From: Phyllosticta citribraziliensis | Lineage: Eukaryota | Reading direction: 5' to 3' | Assembly (NCBI RefSeq): GCF_038025025.1 | Contig: NW_027117342.1 | Coordinates: 1,860,001-1,924,000, forward strand | DNA length: 64,000 nt | Part shown: in pieces, positions 52,648-64,000 of the stretch | Position numbering within the stretch: position 1 is the first letter of the stretch | Layout: every line of letters begins with the position of its first letter | Translations under genes and position numbers: made by a program | Notes under the pieces: model-generated | What the model was told of the DNA's origin: nothing | Databases searched by the model: none | The model's input: the letters and a program-made list of their open reading frames with translations, nothing else

Positions 52648-55600
52648 CTACTTTCTATATCTTTATAATATTCGCTATAGGCCTAAGTGACTTATTTTAT
52701 TATTACTTTCTATTTTAATCTATAGTTCTTCTTAGAGGAAGGCAGCCTTCTATTTTTCTAGATTTTTTAGTAGTCCTGCTATAATGGGGTGTAATGAGTA
52801 GAATTCTTTAATTTTCTATAGTACGCTGCTAAAAGAACTTGCGTTATACTACTAGTTATCTTAGTTATATCTAGTCTATTTAACTTGGTATTAAAGCTTC
52901 CTATATAAGACTTAACTAGCTTAAATATAGTCTACTTCCTACTTAGGCTTATCTTAAATAATCTTAGGTTTAGGTTTAGTATATTCCTAACTAGGAAGCT
53001 ATTCTATTTCGGCCTTATATAGCCTATTAGTATAGAAAAGGTTAACCATCTTTATATATAAGGGAAGATTAAGGATATAGGAGGGTCCTTCTATTCCTAT
53101 AATCTTAAAAGGTCTAGTATTAGGGAAGTCTAATTTAAGGTTTAGCTAATTAGTAGACCATCTAGTTTTCTTAATATAGATATAATCTCTAACTATAAAG
53201 TCTAGCGTGTAATAGTATTTATTGGCTTGTTAGTATATATGCTCTTAGGATTTAAGAATAAGATTCTTTATAAATTTAAAAGCTTCTTATCTTCTCTTTT
53301 ATAGCGTTTGCGCTACTATATAAGCTATCTTTTCTAGTTGCTAGGGGGTCTCTATTCTTTATTACTAGTTATAGTATATTTAAGGGGAATATCCTAACTT
53401 AATCTTAAAAGGTAAAAGTCTAGTAGCTTTATAGGGAAGTGTTACTTGTATAAGGTCTATTAATAGTAGAAGATTAGACTAATTATTCTAAAAGTAATTA
53501 ATAAAAGGTCTTAATCTTTATATAAGATGCTGATTAACAATCTCTATAATACTATTAGTTTAAGAGTAGTAGGATAAGTTAAAATGCTACTCTATACTAG
53601 TCAGCTTATATAGTTTATTTATAAATGCTAAGATGAACTGAGGGCCTTAGTTAGATAGGATAGACTTAGGGTTTCTATAAATATAGTAGATATATTTATA
53701 AAAGAGTCTAGAGACTCCTTTAGTATTAATCTTCTTTATATAAGGCAAGCTAAAGGTTCTTTAACTTAATTAGTCTATAATAACTAGGATTGTATTATAG
53801 CCTTTTTAGTCTTTAGGCATCTCTTTAAAATCTATAGCTAAGTGTTACTAGGGTCGAGTAGGAATCTCTAGGGGTTATAGAAGGCCTAGGTCTTTATTAT
53901 AAAACTCTTTTATTTAGTAGTAAATATGGCATCCTCGCCCGTAAATATTAATCATATAATTTATAGCTAGCTAGTAGTAATGTTACTTAAGGAGTTTTTA
54001 TATCTTTATAATACTAGGATGGGCAGTTATATAGGTAGTATATAAAGTATTAAGCATTCTTATATAGAGGTTATCGCAATCTAGTATAAAGAGGGTGCTA
54101 TATTATAATAAAAGACCATCCTTTAGTTCCTAACTATTTCTTTATTTAAGGTCTTTTAAGAGGGCCTTCTATCTCTAGAGTTCTAATTTAGAATCTTCTT
54201 AGTTTGCGCAGAGAAGTTTATCTAAAAATAATACTAGAGAAGGAAGTTCTTATTCTAAAATAAAAAGAGGGATAATAGTCTCTAGTAGGATAAGGCATAT
54301 CTCTTATATAGCCTTTACTTTTTCTTTTTAAGTCTTTAGGTCTTCTTATTTTTAAGTAAGGTAATTAGTGATGATATTTTCCTTTCCTAGCTAATAGGAG
54401 AATCATATGTAGAACTCTATAAAAAACTTAGACTATCTAGCTTGTTATTAATTAAGTTGTTATTTAGTAGAGTAGTACTCTAATGCCTAATAGTCTGTTA
54501 TTATGAGAAAAGGTTTTTTAAGGCTAATAAGTATTAGTCTCTATTCTTCTAGTCTATTCTTAATAGCTAGTAGTTCTTTATTAGATATTATTAGCTTCTT
54601 AAGTTGTTAAATTGCCTCCTCTTCTAGGGGTCCTAGTAGTTGCTATTTTGCCTTAGAGTATAGTTTCTCTAATAGCCAGCTAATTTATCTATAGTTAGGG
54701 AGAAATCGTTAGTAGAAATTATAGAAACCTAGGAAGGATTAAAGAGCTTTAAGGGTTTTAAGTATTAGCTAGTTTTATATAGGTTCTACCTTATCTAGGT
54801 CTATCTAAATGCCTTCTGTAGAAACGATGTATCTAAGGAACTTTATATAAGTAACTAAAAACTTACTCTTCTTTAAATCTACCTATAGTCCTGCTTTTTA
54901 TAGTCTTACTAGTACTTTTTTTACTTATTCCTCGTGCTCTGTAGGGTCTTTAGAGATAATGAGCATGTTATCTATAAAAGCTATAATAAAATCATCTAAA
55001 TACTTAAAGAGAACCTGGTTAATAAAATGTTAAAAGGCTACAGGTCTATTACTTAATCTAAACGGCAAGATACGGTATTTAAATAAGCCGTATCTTATAT
55101 AGAAGGTGGTTTTGTCTTTAGAATCCTTAGTAAGATAAATATAGTAGAAAGCTTATTAAATATCAAGCTTAGTATAAATCTTGCCCTTTCTAACGCGCTA
55201 AAGCAACTCTATAATAAGAGGGAGGGGGTATAAATCCTTAGTAGTTTATTTATTAAGCTATTAGTAGTCCACGTAGAATCTCCATCCCCTACTAGGCTTT
55301 TTTACTATAAGAATAGGAGAAGCGTAGGTGGTAAAGCTCTTTATAATAAAGCCTTTTTAAATATTCTTAATGATATACTCTTTTGCAGCCTTAAGCTACT
55401 CTAGAGATATTCTATAGAGAGGGCTAGGTAGAAGCTCTAGTAGACTATTATATATAAGAGATATTTTATAATTAACTCCTATACAATACGGTAGTAGCTT
55501 ATTAGACTCTATTTTAGAAAATACATCTTAAAATTCCTTATAAGTAGCTAGTAGCTTAGAAGCTAATAATTCCTCAGTTTCTTTATCTTTAAGAGCCGCT

Positions 55601-57761
55601 TAAACTTGTATAAGGTTAATAGTATAGATCTCTATTAGCGCAACTTGTATTTTATAGATAGAAAGCTTAAAAGCATCTTAAGTTTAAAATTTAATTCCCT
55701 TAATAACCTATACTAAGGGAAGAAGGTGTTTATTAAAGTTTTTATCTCTATAGTCTATATCTACTTAATATTCTTTCTGCGGTTTATTACTTTATATAGA
55801 GACTTTTAGTAGGCATAAAAGATGCTAAAAAGATTAGTTAACTAGTAGCTATCTCTAGACTAGTTTACGTTGTTTATAGTCTAGAAGAACATCGTGCTAG
55901 TTAAAAAACTATTACCTAAGAATCATATTATTATGGCTAATATTATAAATAAAAGTATAAGTAGAAACTATTTAATCCTAGAAGTAGAGTTAAAGATAAA
56001 AGTAAAAATTAACTTTCTTATTTATATATTAGTTAAACCTAGTAATATTAAGCCCTTTACCTATTATTCTCTTTTTTATAGCACCTATAGACTGGAGAGT
56101 TAGTAGTAGCTTAGGGTGAATAAAACTTATACTACTAGTACTAGTATTAGCTAGGGCATGAATTTCTAAGGCGCGGCCATTAGATATAATTAAGGTTCGT
56201 ATAGTAAAGGGTACACCTCTAATAAAGTGACTAAGATTTATATAAGAACCTTTAATATATATTACTCTAAGTTTAGACCTAAGGTAGGAGACTTCACCTA
56301 GGCCTTATTATTTTCTAATAAAGACTGATCTCCTTTATTTATATAGACATCTTTAGCGCTTTCTTCTTTAACTAACTCTATTACCTTTATCTTAGGTTGT
56401 AGGCATTATCTCTATAAATAGCTAAACTAGCCGCAGCGATTATATAGTCTAATCTCTATATAGACTTCTACTTTACCTTTATAGGTTATATCATATAAGG
56501 GAGCCCTAGATATAGATCGCGCCTAGGTATAACTAGAAGATAAAGTACTTATACTACTTAAGGTAGTTATCTTTACTTATTCTTATTATCTCTTCTTTAC
56601 TTATTCCTTATACAATATAAGTATTAGTTTTCTATAGTTAGAACGGTAGTTACTAAGACTTTAAGTAATAGGGTAGGCTTATTAGAGGTACTTATAAAAG
56701 TTAACATCCCTATCTTACTCTATAGTAACTATATAGGTTTAAAGGAGAGGATCTATTATATTATAAAAGTCCTCTTTCTACTATTCCTAGGGAAGATCTA
56801 TATCTAAGGCTAATTATATAAAGTTTAATTAAAACTTCTAAAGGTCTATAGGGATGCAGTATATAAGAGAGTATAACTACTTCTTTATATCCTTATATTT
56901 ATATAGACTCTAGAGGAGGTTATCTAGGAATTTAAAGATATCCTTATCTAGAGTGACTTTATTAGCCTTTATATAAGAAGTAAGGAAAGGAGTTAGGTAA
57001 TATAAGACTTCTCTACTAATATAGGAAATAATATAACCTATAATGTTCTATTTAGTCTCCTCTACTATATCTTTAGTAAAGTAATCGTGGTTTTATTTAA
57101 TTTTGTTTTATATAAGGAGGGTCTAGTATTTATATAAGGGGTCTTCTCTATTAGTAAGAAGAGGAGGATTAGGAACCTTACTACTTTAGTATTTCTTACT
57201 ACTTAAAGATAAAGTAGAGGTTTTAGTAGTAGTTTCCCTTATATAGTTAGGAGGAGGTCTAAGAGTCCTTATAACTCTACTAGTAGAAGGATCTTAAGAG
57301 AGGGTAATAGGTCTTAGGTGCTAAGCTAATAAAGAGGGCCTAATATATCCTTCCCTTAGAACTTCTCTAAGTCTATTAGCGTAGTTTAAGAGTATTTACT
57401 TAAGAGCCCAGTTTTACCTTTATATGCAGTTTAGTTACTACTATACTTAAGACTTATTTAAGGATGCAATCTTAGATTTAAATTAATTAATATCTGAGCG
57501 CGGTACCTTTATAAATGCCTCTATAACTAGAGCTTAAACTGTATAAGTTGACCCTAGGTCTTAGGTATATTCTTTTACCTCTACTACTAGGACTAAGTAG
57601 AAATTATATAGGAGAATAGGGGTAGGTCCTCTCTTATTATTATTTAATAAGTATCTAGTATTGCGCGAATCTTTAGTTCCTTTACGTAAATCTTATTAGG
57701 TTAATTAACTAGTACTAATACCTTTAGTAGTGCTAGATGCATTAGCTTTATTCTTAGCTAT
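52648..57761 (-). pseudogene. gag-pol of B3 with a 174-bp internal deletion (ends approximate)
   Basis: Zn knuckle xNRCGxFxxLxRxC (~56403-56450). Lacks the segment equivalent to B1 34967-35140 at junction 54588/54589. Confidence 0.85.
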
Positions 57762-58069
57762 ACTGTCTTTATAGTCTTCTACTTAGAATGTCCCTTAAGT
57801 AGGTTATAGATGGGATACCTCCTAGATATTTATATACTGCCCTATAGCCTTAACTAAAGACTTCTATAGTTAATACATGCTTAATACTCCTTAGTCCTTA
57901 GATAATACTGATGCGCCTAATAAAGATAACTTAGGTTTACTAGGGAAAAGTAATAAGCAGTCTTATATAAGACTATAGCTATATACAACATCGCTTAGGT
58001 TAAATATTATAATACCTTTATAGGTAAAGAAGTAGGATAGAGCTAAAACTTAGAATAATCTTTTATATC

Positions 58070-58492
58070 TATTATAACTTGCAGATTTCTTATTATATAG
58101 GTAAGGGCTAAAGGCAAACTACTAGAGAATATATATATGTCTTAATTAAATCTAATAAGTTAAAAGAATAAAATATAAAAGATACTTACTACCTATATAT
58201 TTCCTAGTCCTTCCTTTATACTGTTTTACCTCTTATCCTTTATATAAGGGTCCTTGGTTATTATTAGGTGAGTTGTAAAGGTAAGGTGTTAATAGGCTGT
58301 TATATGGTATCTACCTAGGGCTGTAGTGGCTGGTGCCAGGCTGTAGTAGCTGGTGCTAGCCTGCGGGTTTTGGCCTGAGCTGCAGCGGGCTACTACTTAA
58401 GGTAAGGCTTGTGCTTCTTATAACTATATAATGCTAGGTTTGTCTATACTAGCCCTAGTACTTATATAGGCGCGTGTACGCCTATTATAACA
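58070..58492 (-). repeat. 5' LTR of B3
   Basis: 423-bp direct repeat of 50423-50845, followed by TSD AATCT. Confidence 0.95.
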
Positions 58493-60631
58493 AATCTTAT
58501 TTAATAGAGAAGGAATAGAGGGATATAAGCTATATTAACTAAGAATTTAGAGAGTAACTATCCTCTAGATTTAATCTTTTAATTTAGAGTTAGTATTAAT
58601 TTTCTTATTAGTAGAAGAATCTTCTAATAAACTAATATTTATAAGGTTTATATAAGTAGAATAGGAGCTAGTATCCTAAGTAGAATAGATAATATTATTA
58701 ATATAGTATCTAGAACTCTAATAATAGAAGTAATAGTCCTAAGTAGTAAGCTTTATATAGCTAATTAGATTAAGCTTTTTAGAGGATAATTTAGGCTTAT
58801 ACTAAACTCTAATCTAATTTAGAGGCCTTATAGCTATAGGCTTCTATTTAGGGCTAGAGTTAGTATTAGGGGTTAAAGCTAGTATATAGAAGATAGAATA
58901 GATAGAATTATTTCTAGCTAGCTAATTTTATTAATAAGAGGACTAGATATAAGGCTAGTATATATTAATACTAAGAGTATTTCTTTTAATATTCTAGAAA
59001 ATTTTAAGGGCCTTAAAAGTCTAGATAAAGGTTAAGTAGAGAATATAATAAGAGAAGGAGGGGTAAAGAGAGTAAATAAAGTTATAAAGCTATTAGTTCT
59101 TTATATAACTAGCTTAGAATTAAAGAGTAAGGAGTCTTATATAGAACTAAAAAATATTTTTATCTTCTTTTTAGTAGATAGAGTAGAGTTTAGTATAGGC
59201 CCTTTTAACTAGATCTAATATACTAGACTAGTATTTAATTTTATAGAAGAAGTTAGGAAGGGAGATAAGGTAGCCTTTCTAATTATAATAAGTAAACTAT
59301 TCTTATATAGAGGTAAAAAGAGAGTTATTAAAAAAATAAAGAGTATAGAGTATCTTTCTCTTTTCTATAAAGTAAAGAGGTATATCTACTTCTAACTTAA
59401 TCTTAATAATAAAATACTATTAGATATATTTATTAGGGTTTATACTATTAAATTTCTTTAATAGGTATATACTAGACTTTTAGAAGGATTTAGATAGATT
59501 AACCTAAATAATAATAGAGTCTTTATAGAGGAAGGGGGTCTCTTTATAGTTATATATTAGGGGTTAGATAGTAGTTATATAATTACTAGAAGCTTAGCTT
59601 ATAGGCTCTTAAATTATAGTAAAGTAAGGGGGCTAGACTAAATAATAGAAAGAAAGATCTTTATTATTACTAATAACCTTAATATAAGGAGTATTAGTAA
59701 CCTTATTAAAGAGCTAATTTTATAGGGAGATAGCTTTAACCTCTAAGGTATAAATCTCCTTAATAAGGACTTAATAGTCTACTTTTTAAGCTAATATAGT
59801 AGTATCTTATCTTTCTATTCTAGTATAGAGCCTATTAATAGTATAGTTAAGACTAAAGTTCTTCTTTCTAAATTTATTAAAGATACTTTTTATACTATTA
59901 TAAGAGGCCTAGAGGTATTTAAAAGTAGTTATTTCTTTTATAATAGATAAAGGGATTTTAGAGGCTAGAATATAGTAAAGTATTTAATAATAATTCTTAA
60001 TAATATCCTAGAGAAAGGTAAATAAGGAGGGAGTAATATTTAGAGTTTTAATAATAAAATTCTTAAAGGTATATAAGAATTTCTATTTTAAAGGGAATAA
60101 ATAGTAGGCTCCTTTATTATAGATAAAGAGGCTAGTAAGATTTAAGTTAGAATAGATAATTAGAATAGTAGTATAATTAGATAAGGAGTTACTATTATTA
60201 TTAATATTAATAATTTCTAAGCTAGAGAGTAGGATATTAGCTAGATTTATATCTAAATATATAGTAGAAGGGCCTTTACCCTTATCTAGCTAAGGTCCTT
60301 ATTTATTAATAAAGAGTAGATAGTTAGAGGCTACTACCTTAGCCTTATTAATATTAAGTTTAAGTATATTAGAGGTTTAGGGGGCTAGTTTATTTAAAGT
60401 ATTTTAAGTAGTATTTATTAGAGTATTAATAGTAAAGAAAGCTTAGAATAAGACTAATTAAAAGTAGATAATAGGGGTATAGTATAAGTACTTTATAAAG
60501 TAGTCAGGGTAAGGGCTAGAGGCTTTAAAAAATATAGTATTTTAGGTATTAATTAGTAGGGTATATTTCTAAAATAGAAAGTAGGGGCTACTTTAAATAT
60601 AGTAATAAGATTATTAGATAAAGTTAAAGTA

Positions 60632-60642
60632 ACCTTAGACTT
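60632..60642 (-). promoter_or_regulatory. putative self-priming PBS of element A
   Basis: ACCTTAGACTT, 1 nt from the 5' LTR, is the reverse complement of AAGTCTAAGGT in the LTR (exact at 29882-29892; one G>A change at 60686-60696). Confidence 0.7.
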
Positions 60643-60643
60643 A

Positions 60644-60849
60644 TATAAGGCTTAAAGAGGTAAGTACTATATTTAGCTAACTAAAAAGTCTAAGATAAAG
60701 AGAAAAGGAGAAGTAGTACTAAGAAGAAGGTAGAAATATAGTTATAATAGGCTAATTATTTAGCCTACTAAGTAAGTATATAGTTATATACTTACTTATA
60801 CTAGGTAGGGTTCTAGTAAACTAGTCCTTATATAGGTATAGGCCTAATA
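60644..60849 (-). repeat. 5' LTR of element A
   Basis: 206-bp direct repeat of 29840-30045. Confidence 0.93.
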
Positions 60850-60870
60850 GTTATATTATAGAATAACTAA

Positions 60871-60986
60871 AGTTTTAGCCCCTAAGTATATAGGTAGATA
60901 CCTAAATAAAGTAAATTATCTTACTACTACTAGGTGTCTATTAAATTACTTAATTTGGATGCCTAAAACGTTTATTTAGACGCCCA
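60871..60986 (-). repeat. right terminal inverted repeat
   Basis: Inverted copy of 25454-25569; its outer ~55 bp retain more unmutated C/G. Confidence 0.95.
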
Positions 60987-61176
60987 CCTGGGGGTGGTTG
61001 TTAAATGAGGGTAACAAGCCAGCCCTGGCACAGAAAGAACGCCGCGCCGCCGACACCGTCCGTGCGCGCGCGAAAGTTGTCGTCCAGCAAAAACGAGTCG
61101 GCCAGATACTTTCTCAACACCCAGCCGTCTTTTGCGTCGCATTCTCTTGTTCTACCCTCCTCCCTCTAGATCCAAC

Positions 61177-62568
<1,392 letters not shown>

Positions 62569-64000
62569 GAGGTTCCTTCCGAACTCTTTTTCCGAGGCGC
62601 AAGATACCCCTCCGATCTTCGTAGGGCATGCAAGGTCGTCGAGACACGCCCCAAATGAGAATCGCGGATATGTTTTCCCAGCATAGATATAGATGCACGA
62701 CACGCCGGAGATTTCATCAGCAGCATTCAGCGGACGGTGTTTCGCGGCATCCAGTGGTTCGTCTTCAAGAGACGGAATCCCATTGCAAAAAAGTGGCCGA
62801 GGCTTGCTCATAAGCTGCTGCCCCTTCCCACAGGCCGCAACGAAAGTAGTCAGATTTCATAAGCATCCTACGGTGTTGGATTGGTCGGTGAAAAGGAAAC
62901 TTCCATCGTCAGCATCATCAGCATCAACATCTCTATTGTATTGACGAATCTGTGACCACTTGTTCCTTCCGAGTGTTGGCTTGCCCTGGTTTTCTCTGAG
63001 ACGAGCGGCAAGTTGCGAGAACAGGCGGCTTTAATTTTGCTGATTTCGATAGTTTTAGACTCCTCCCCATCATCACGACTAACCCTGCCAAGCCAGATTC
63101 TCAGGTCTTGTACGGTTACGATTCGGCTAGTGAGGCGAGAAATCCGGCTGGAGACGATGAAAATATCCAGCCCGTATTGTCGAGATTCATGGCGCATCGA
63201 GAAGGTCACGCTCATCAATATTCGTCTCAAGACCATCGCGAAGACCGATTGATGGCCTAGCAGTACAAACTGGAGAAATGTGCAGCAAGCCGATGTGGAG
63301 AGCACGATTGCACTCGATGGGTTCGCATAACAGACGCAAAGTTCATGCCAAACAAGCGCGCCTCGACTGTCTAGCCTTACGGAGAGATACTACGTCAGGA
63401 GCACGCGAGTTCGTTGCCAGCCCCCGCGCGTATCTGGATTTTGTTTCCTGCCACGCGGGAAGAGCCGCTAAGTTGTGTGCGAAGGCTATCTCTTCACGGT
63501 TTAGAAAAGCGAGAAATGAGGCCAGACTTGTGTTTCACGGTTGGAGGGACGGTTGGTGGGGCGAACCGCGGCAAAGGGGTGGCAATAGTCGCGGAAAGAT
63601 ATGGCTACGCGCTTTTGTGGCTAGCAGCAGCCGGTTCGCACCTAAAGGAGTTTGACAGGCGATTCCTCCCCTTTTCCGCGTTCCCGGTCTGGCTGTCAGG
63701 TTTTGGAGCCGTTCGTGGTGAAAGCGAAAGAATGGGTGACCTGACTCTTCTTCATCTCCAGCACTTAGAGATCCTTACCTCGGAGGTGGCGGAACTGGGC
63801 GCCAGTCTACAAAGTCTCGTGTGCTCTTTCGCGTCTTTGGCCCAAAAGGACCGAAAGGGCTCTTGGATGCGGCCTGAAGAGACACGGGAAGATTTCCGCT
63901 CAGATCGAGTCCGAAGGCTTGTTTTGGACCCATTCGTGCGGTCCGGAATGGCGTAGCGTATGGCGTAGCGTAGCCAGATCAAGACGACGCTAGCTCAACA

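Larger units (their letters stand above)
50423..58492 (-). mobile_element. chromovirus family B, copy B3 (8070 bp), inserted just upstream of the protease motif of A
   Basis: 423-bp LTRs 50423-50845 and 58070-58492. TSD AATCT (50418-22 / 58493-97). Confidence 0.96.
30077..60480 (-). pseudogene. gag-pol of element A (segments ~30077-30804, 47205-50422, 58498-60480; ends approximate)
   Basis: Reverted motifs: KILLDSGAEVN (~50285-50312), FEYLVMPFGLCNAP (~49215-49258), AYLDDIL (now AYLNNIL, ~49137-49155), ETDASDF (~48650-48675), SPFFANYGYNP (split by B1), a GPY/F-type module (~30425-30535) and chromodomain EWEVAEIVD...YKATFVGNWD.WN (~30210-30335). Confidence 0.85.
29840..60849 (-). mobile_element. 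Ty3/Gypsy chromovirus family A (~6.5 kb own sequence), interrupted by B1 and B3
   Basis: 206-bp LTRs, TSD GTTA (29836-39 / 60850-53), polypurine tract seen as a C-run at ~30049-30060, and PR-RT-RH-INT-chromodomain order on the minus strand. Confidence 0.92.
25454..60986 (-). mobile_element. RIP-inactivated TIR DNA transposon with integrase-like transposase (Ginger/GingerRoot-like); ~4.5 kb of its own sequence, expanded to 35.5 kb by nested insertions
   Basis: 116-bp TIRs with TG...CA ends coincide with the AT-rich boundaries. Own sequence is 25454-29839 plus 60854-60986. Candidate 6-bp TSD ACTAGG/CCTGGG is imperfect; alternative is 4-bp CTAG/CTGG. Confidence 0.85.

Noticed and set aside
30805..58492. 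Assembly artefact or tandem segmental duplication of an 8-kb unit
   Set aside because: Each copy has its own TSD, matched LTR pair, private indels and independent RIP pattern.
25454..60986. Starship or other giant cargo-carrying element
   Set aside because: No tyrosine-recombinase captain or host-like cargo is recognisable. The size is fully explained by nested LTR insertions.
25454..60986. Organellar insertion, contamination or centromere
   Set aside because: AT richness comes from C>T/G>A mutation of recognisable transposons. Centromere identity cannot be judged from sequence and needs CenH3 or Hi-C data.
62600..64000. ORFs 62868-63305 (-) and 63414-63956 (+)
   Set aside because: Non-ATG starts, no family motifs and no supportable splice model.

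Overview
Fungal (filamentous ascomycete, probably Dothideomycete; inferred) genomic DNA with three parts. (1) 1-25.4 kb is GC-balanced and gene-rich: an MFS transporter, ferrochelatase (HEM15), ALG5, VPS72/SWC2, a JSN1-type RRM+Pumilio protein, riboflavin synthase (RIB5) and a Pro-rich hypothetical protein. (2) 25454-60986 is a 35.5-kb AT-rich island carrying the signature of repeat-induced point mutation (RIP). It resolves completely into five nested elements. The outermost is a ~4.5-kb DNA transposon with 116-bp TIRs and an integrase-type (HHCC + DD34E + Cys-rich) Ginger-like transposase. Inside it is Ty3/Gypsy chromovirus A (206-bp LTRs). A contains two copies of chromovirus B (B1, B3), and B1 contains a third copy (B2). 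All four LTR insertions keep their target-site duplications (TSDs). (3) HMT1/PRMT1 starts 190 bp beyond the island. Main discovery: each B copy carries, between pol and the 3' LTR, a ~436-codon, three-intron gene antisense to gag-pol. It encodes a Cys-rich DUF3716-like domain and a basic tail, and is visible only when the three RIP-mutated copies are compared. All translations of RIP-mutated DNA are manual reconstructions and no database searches were run.
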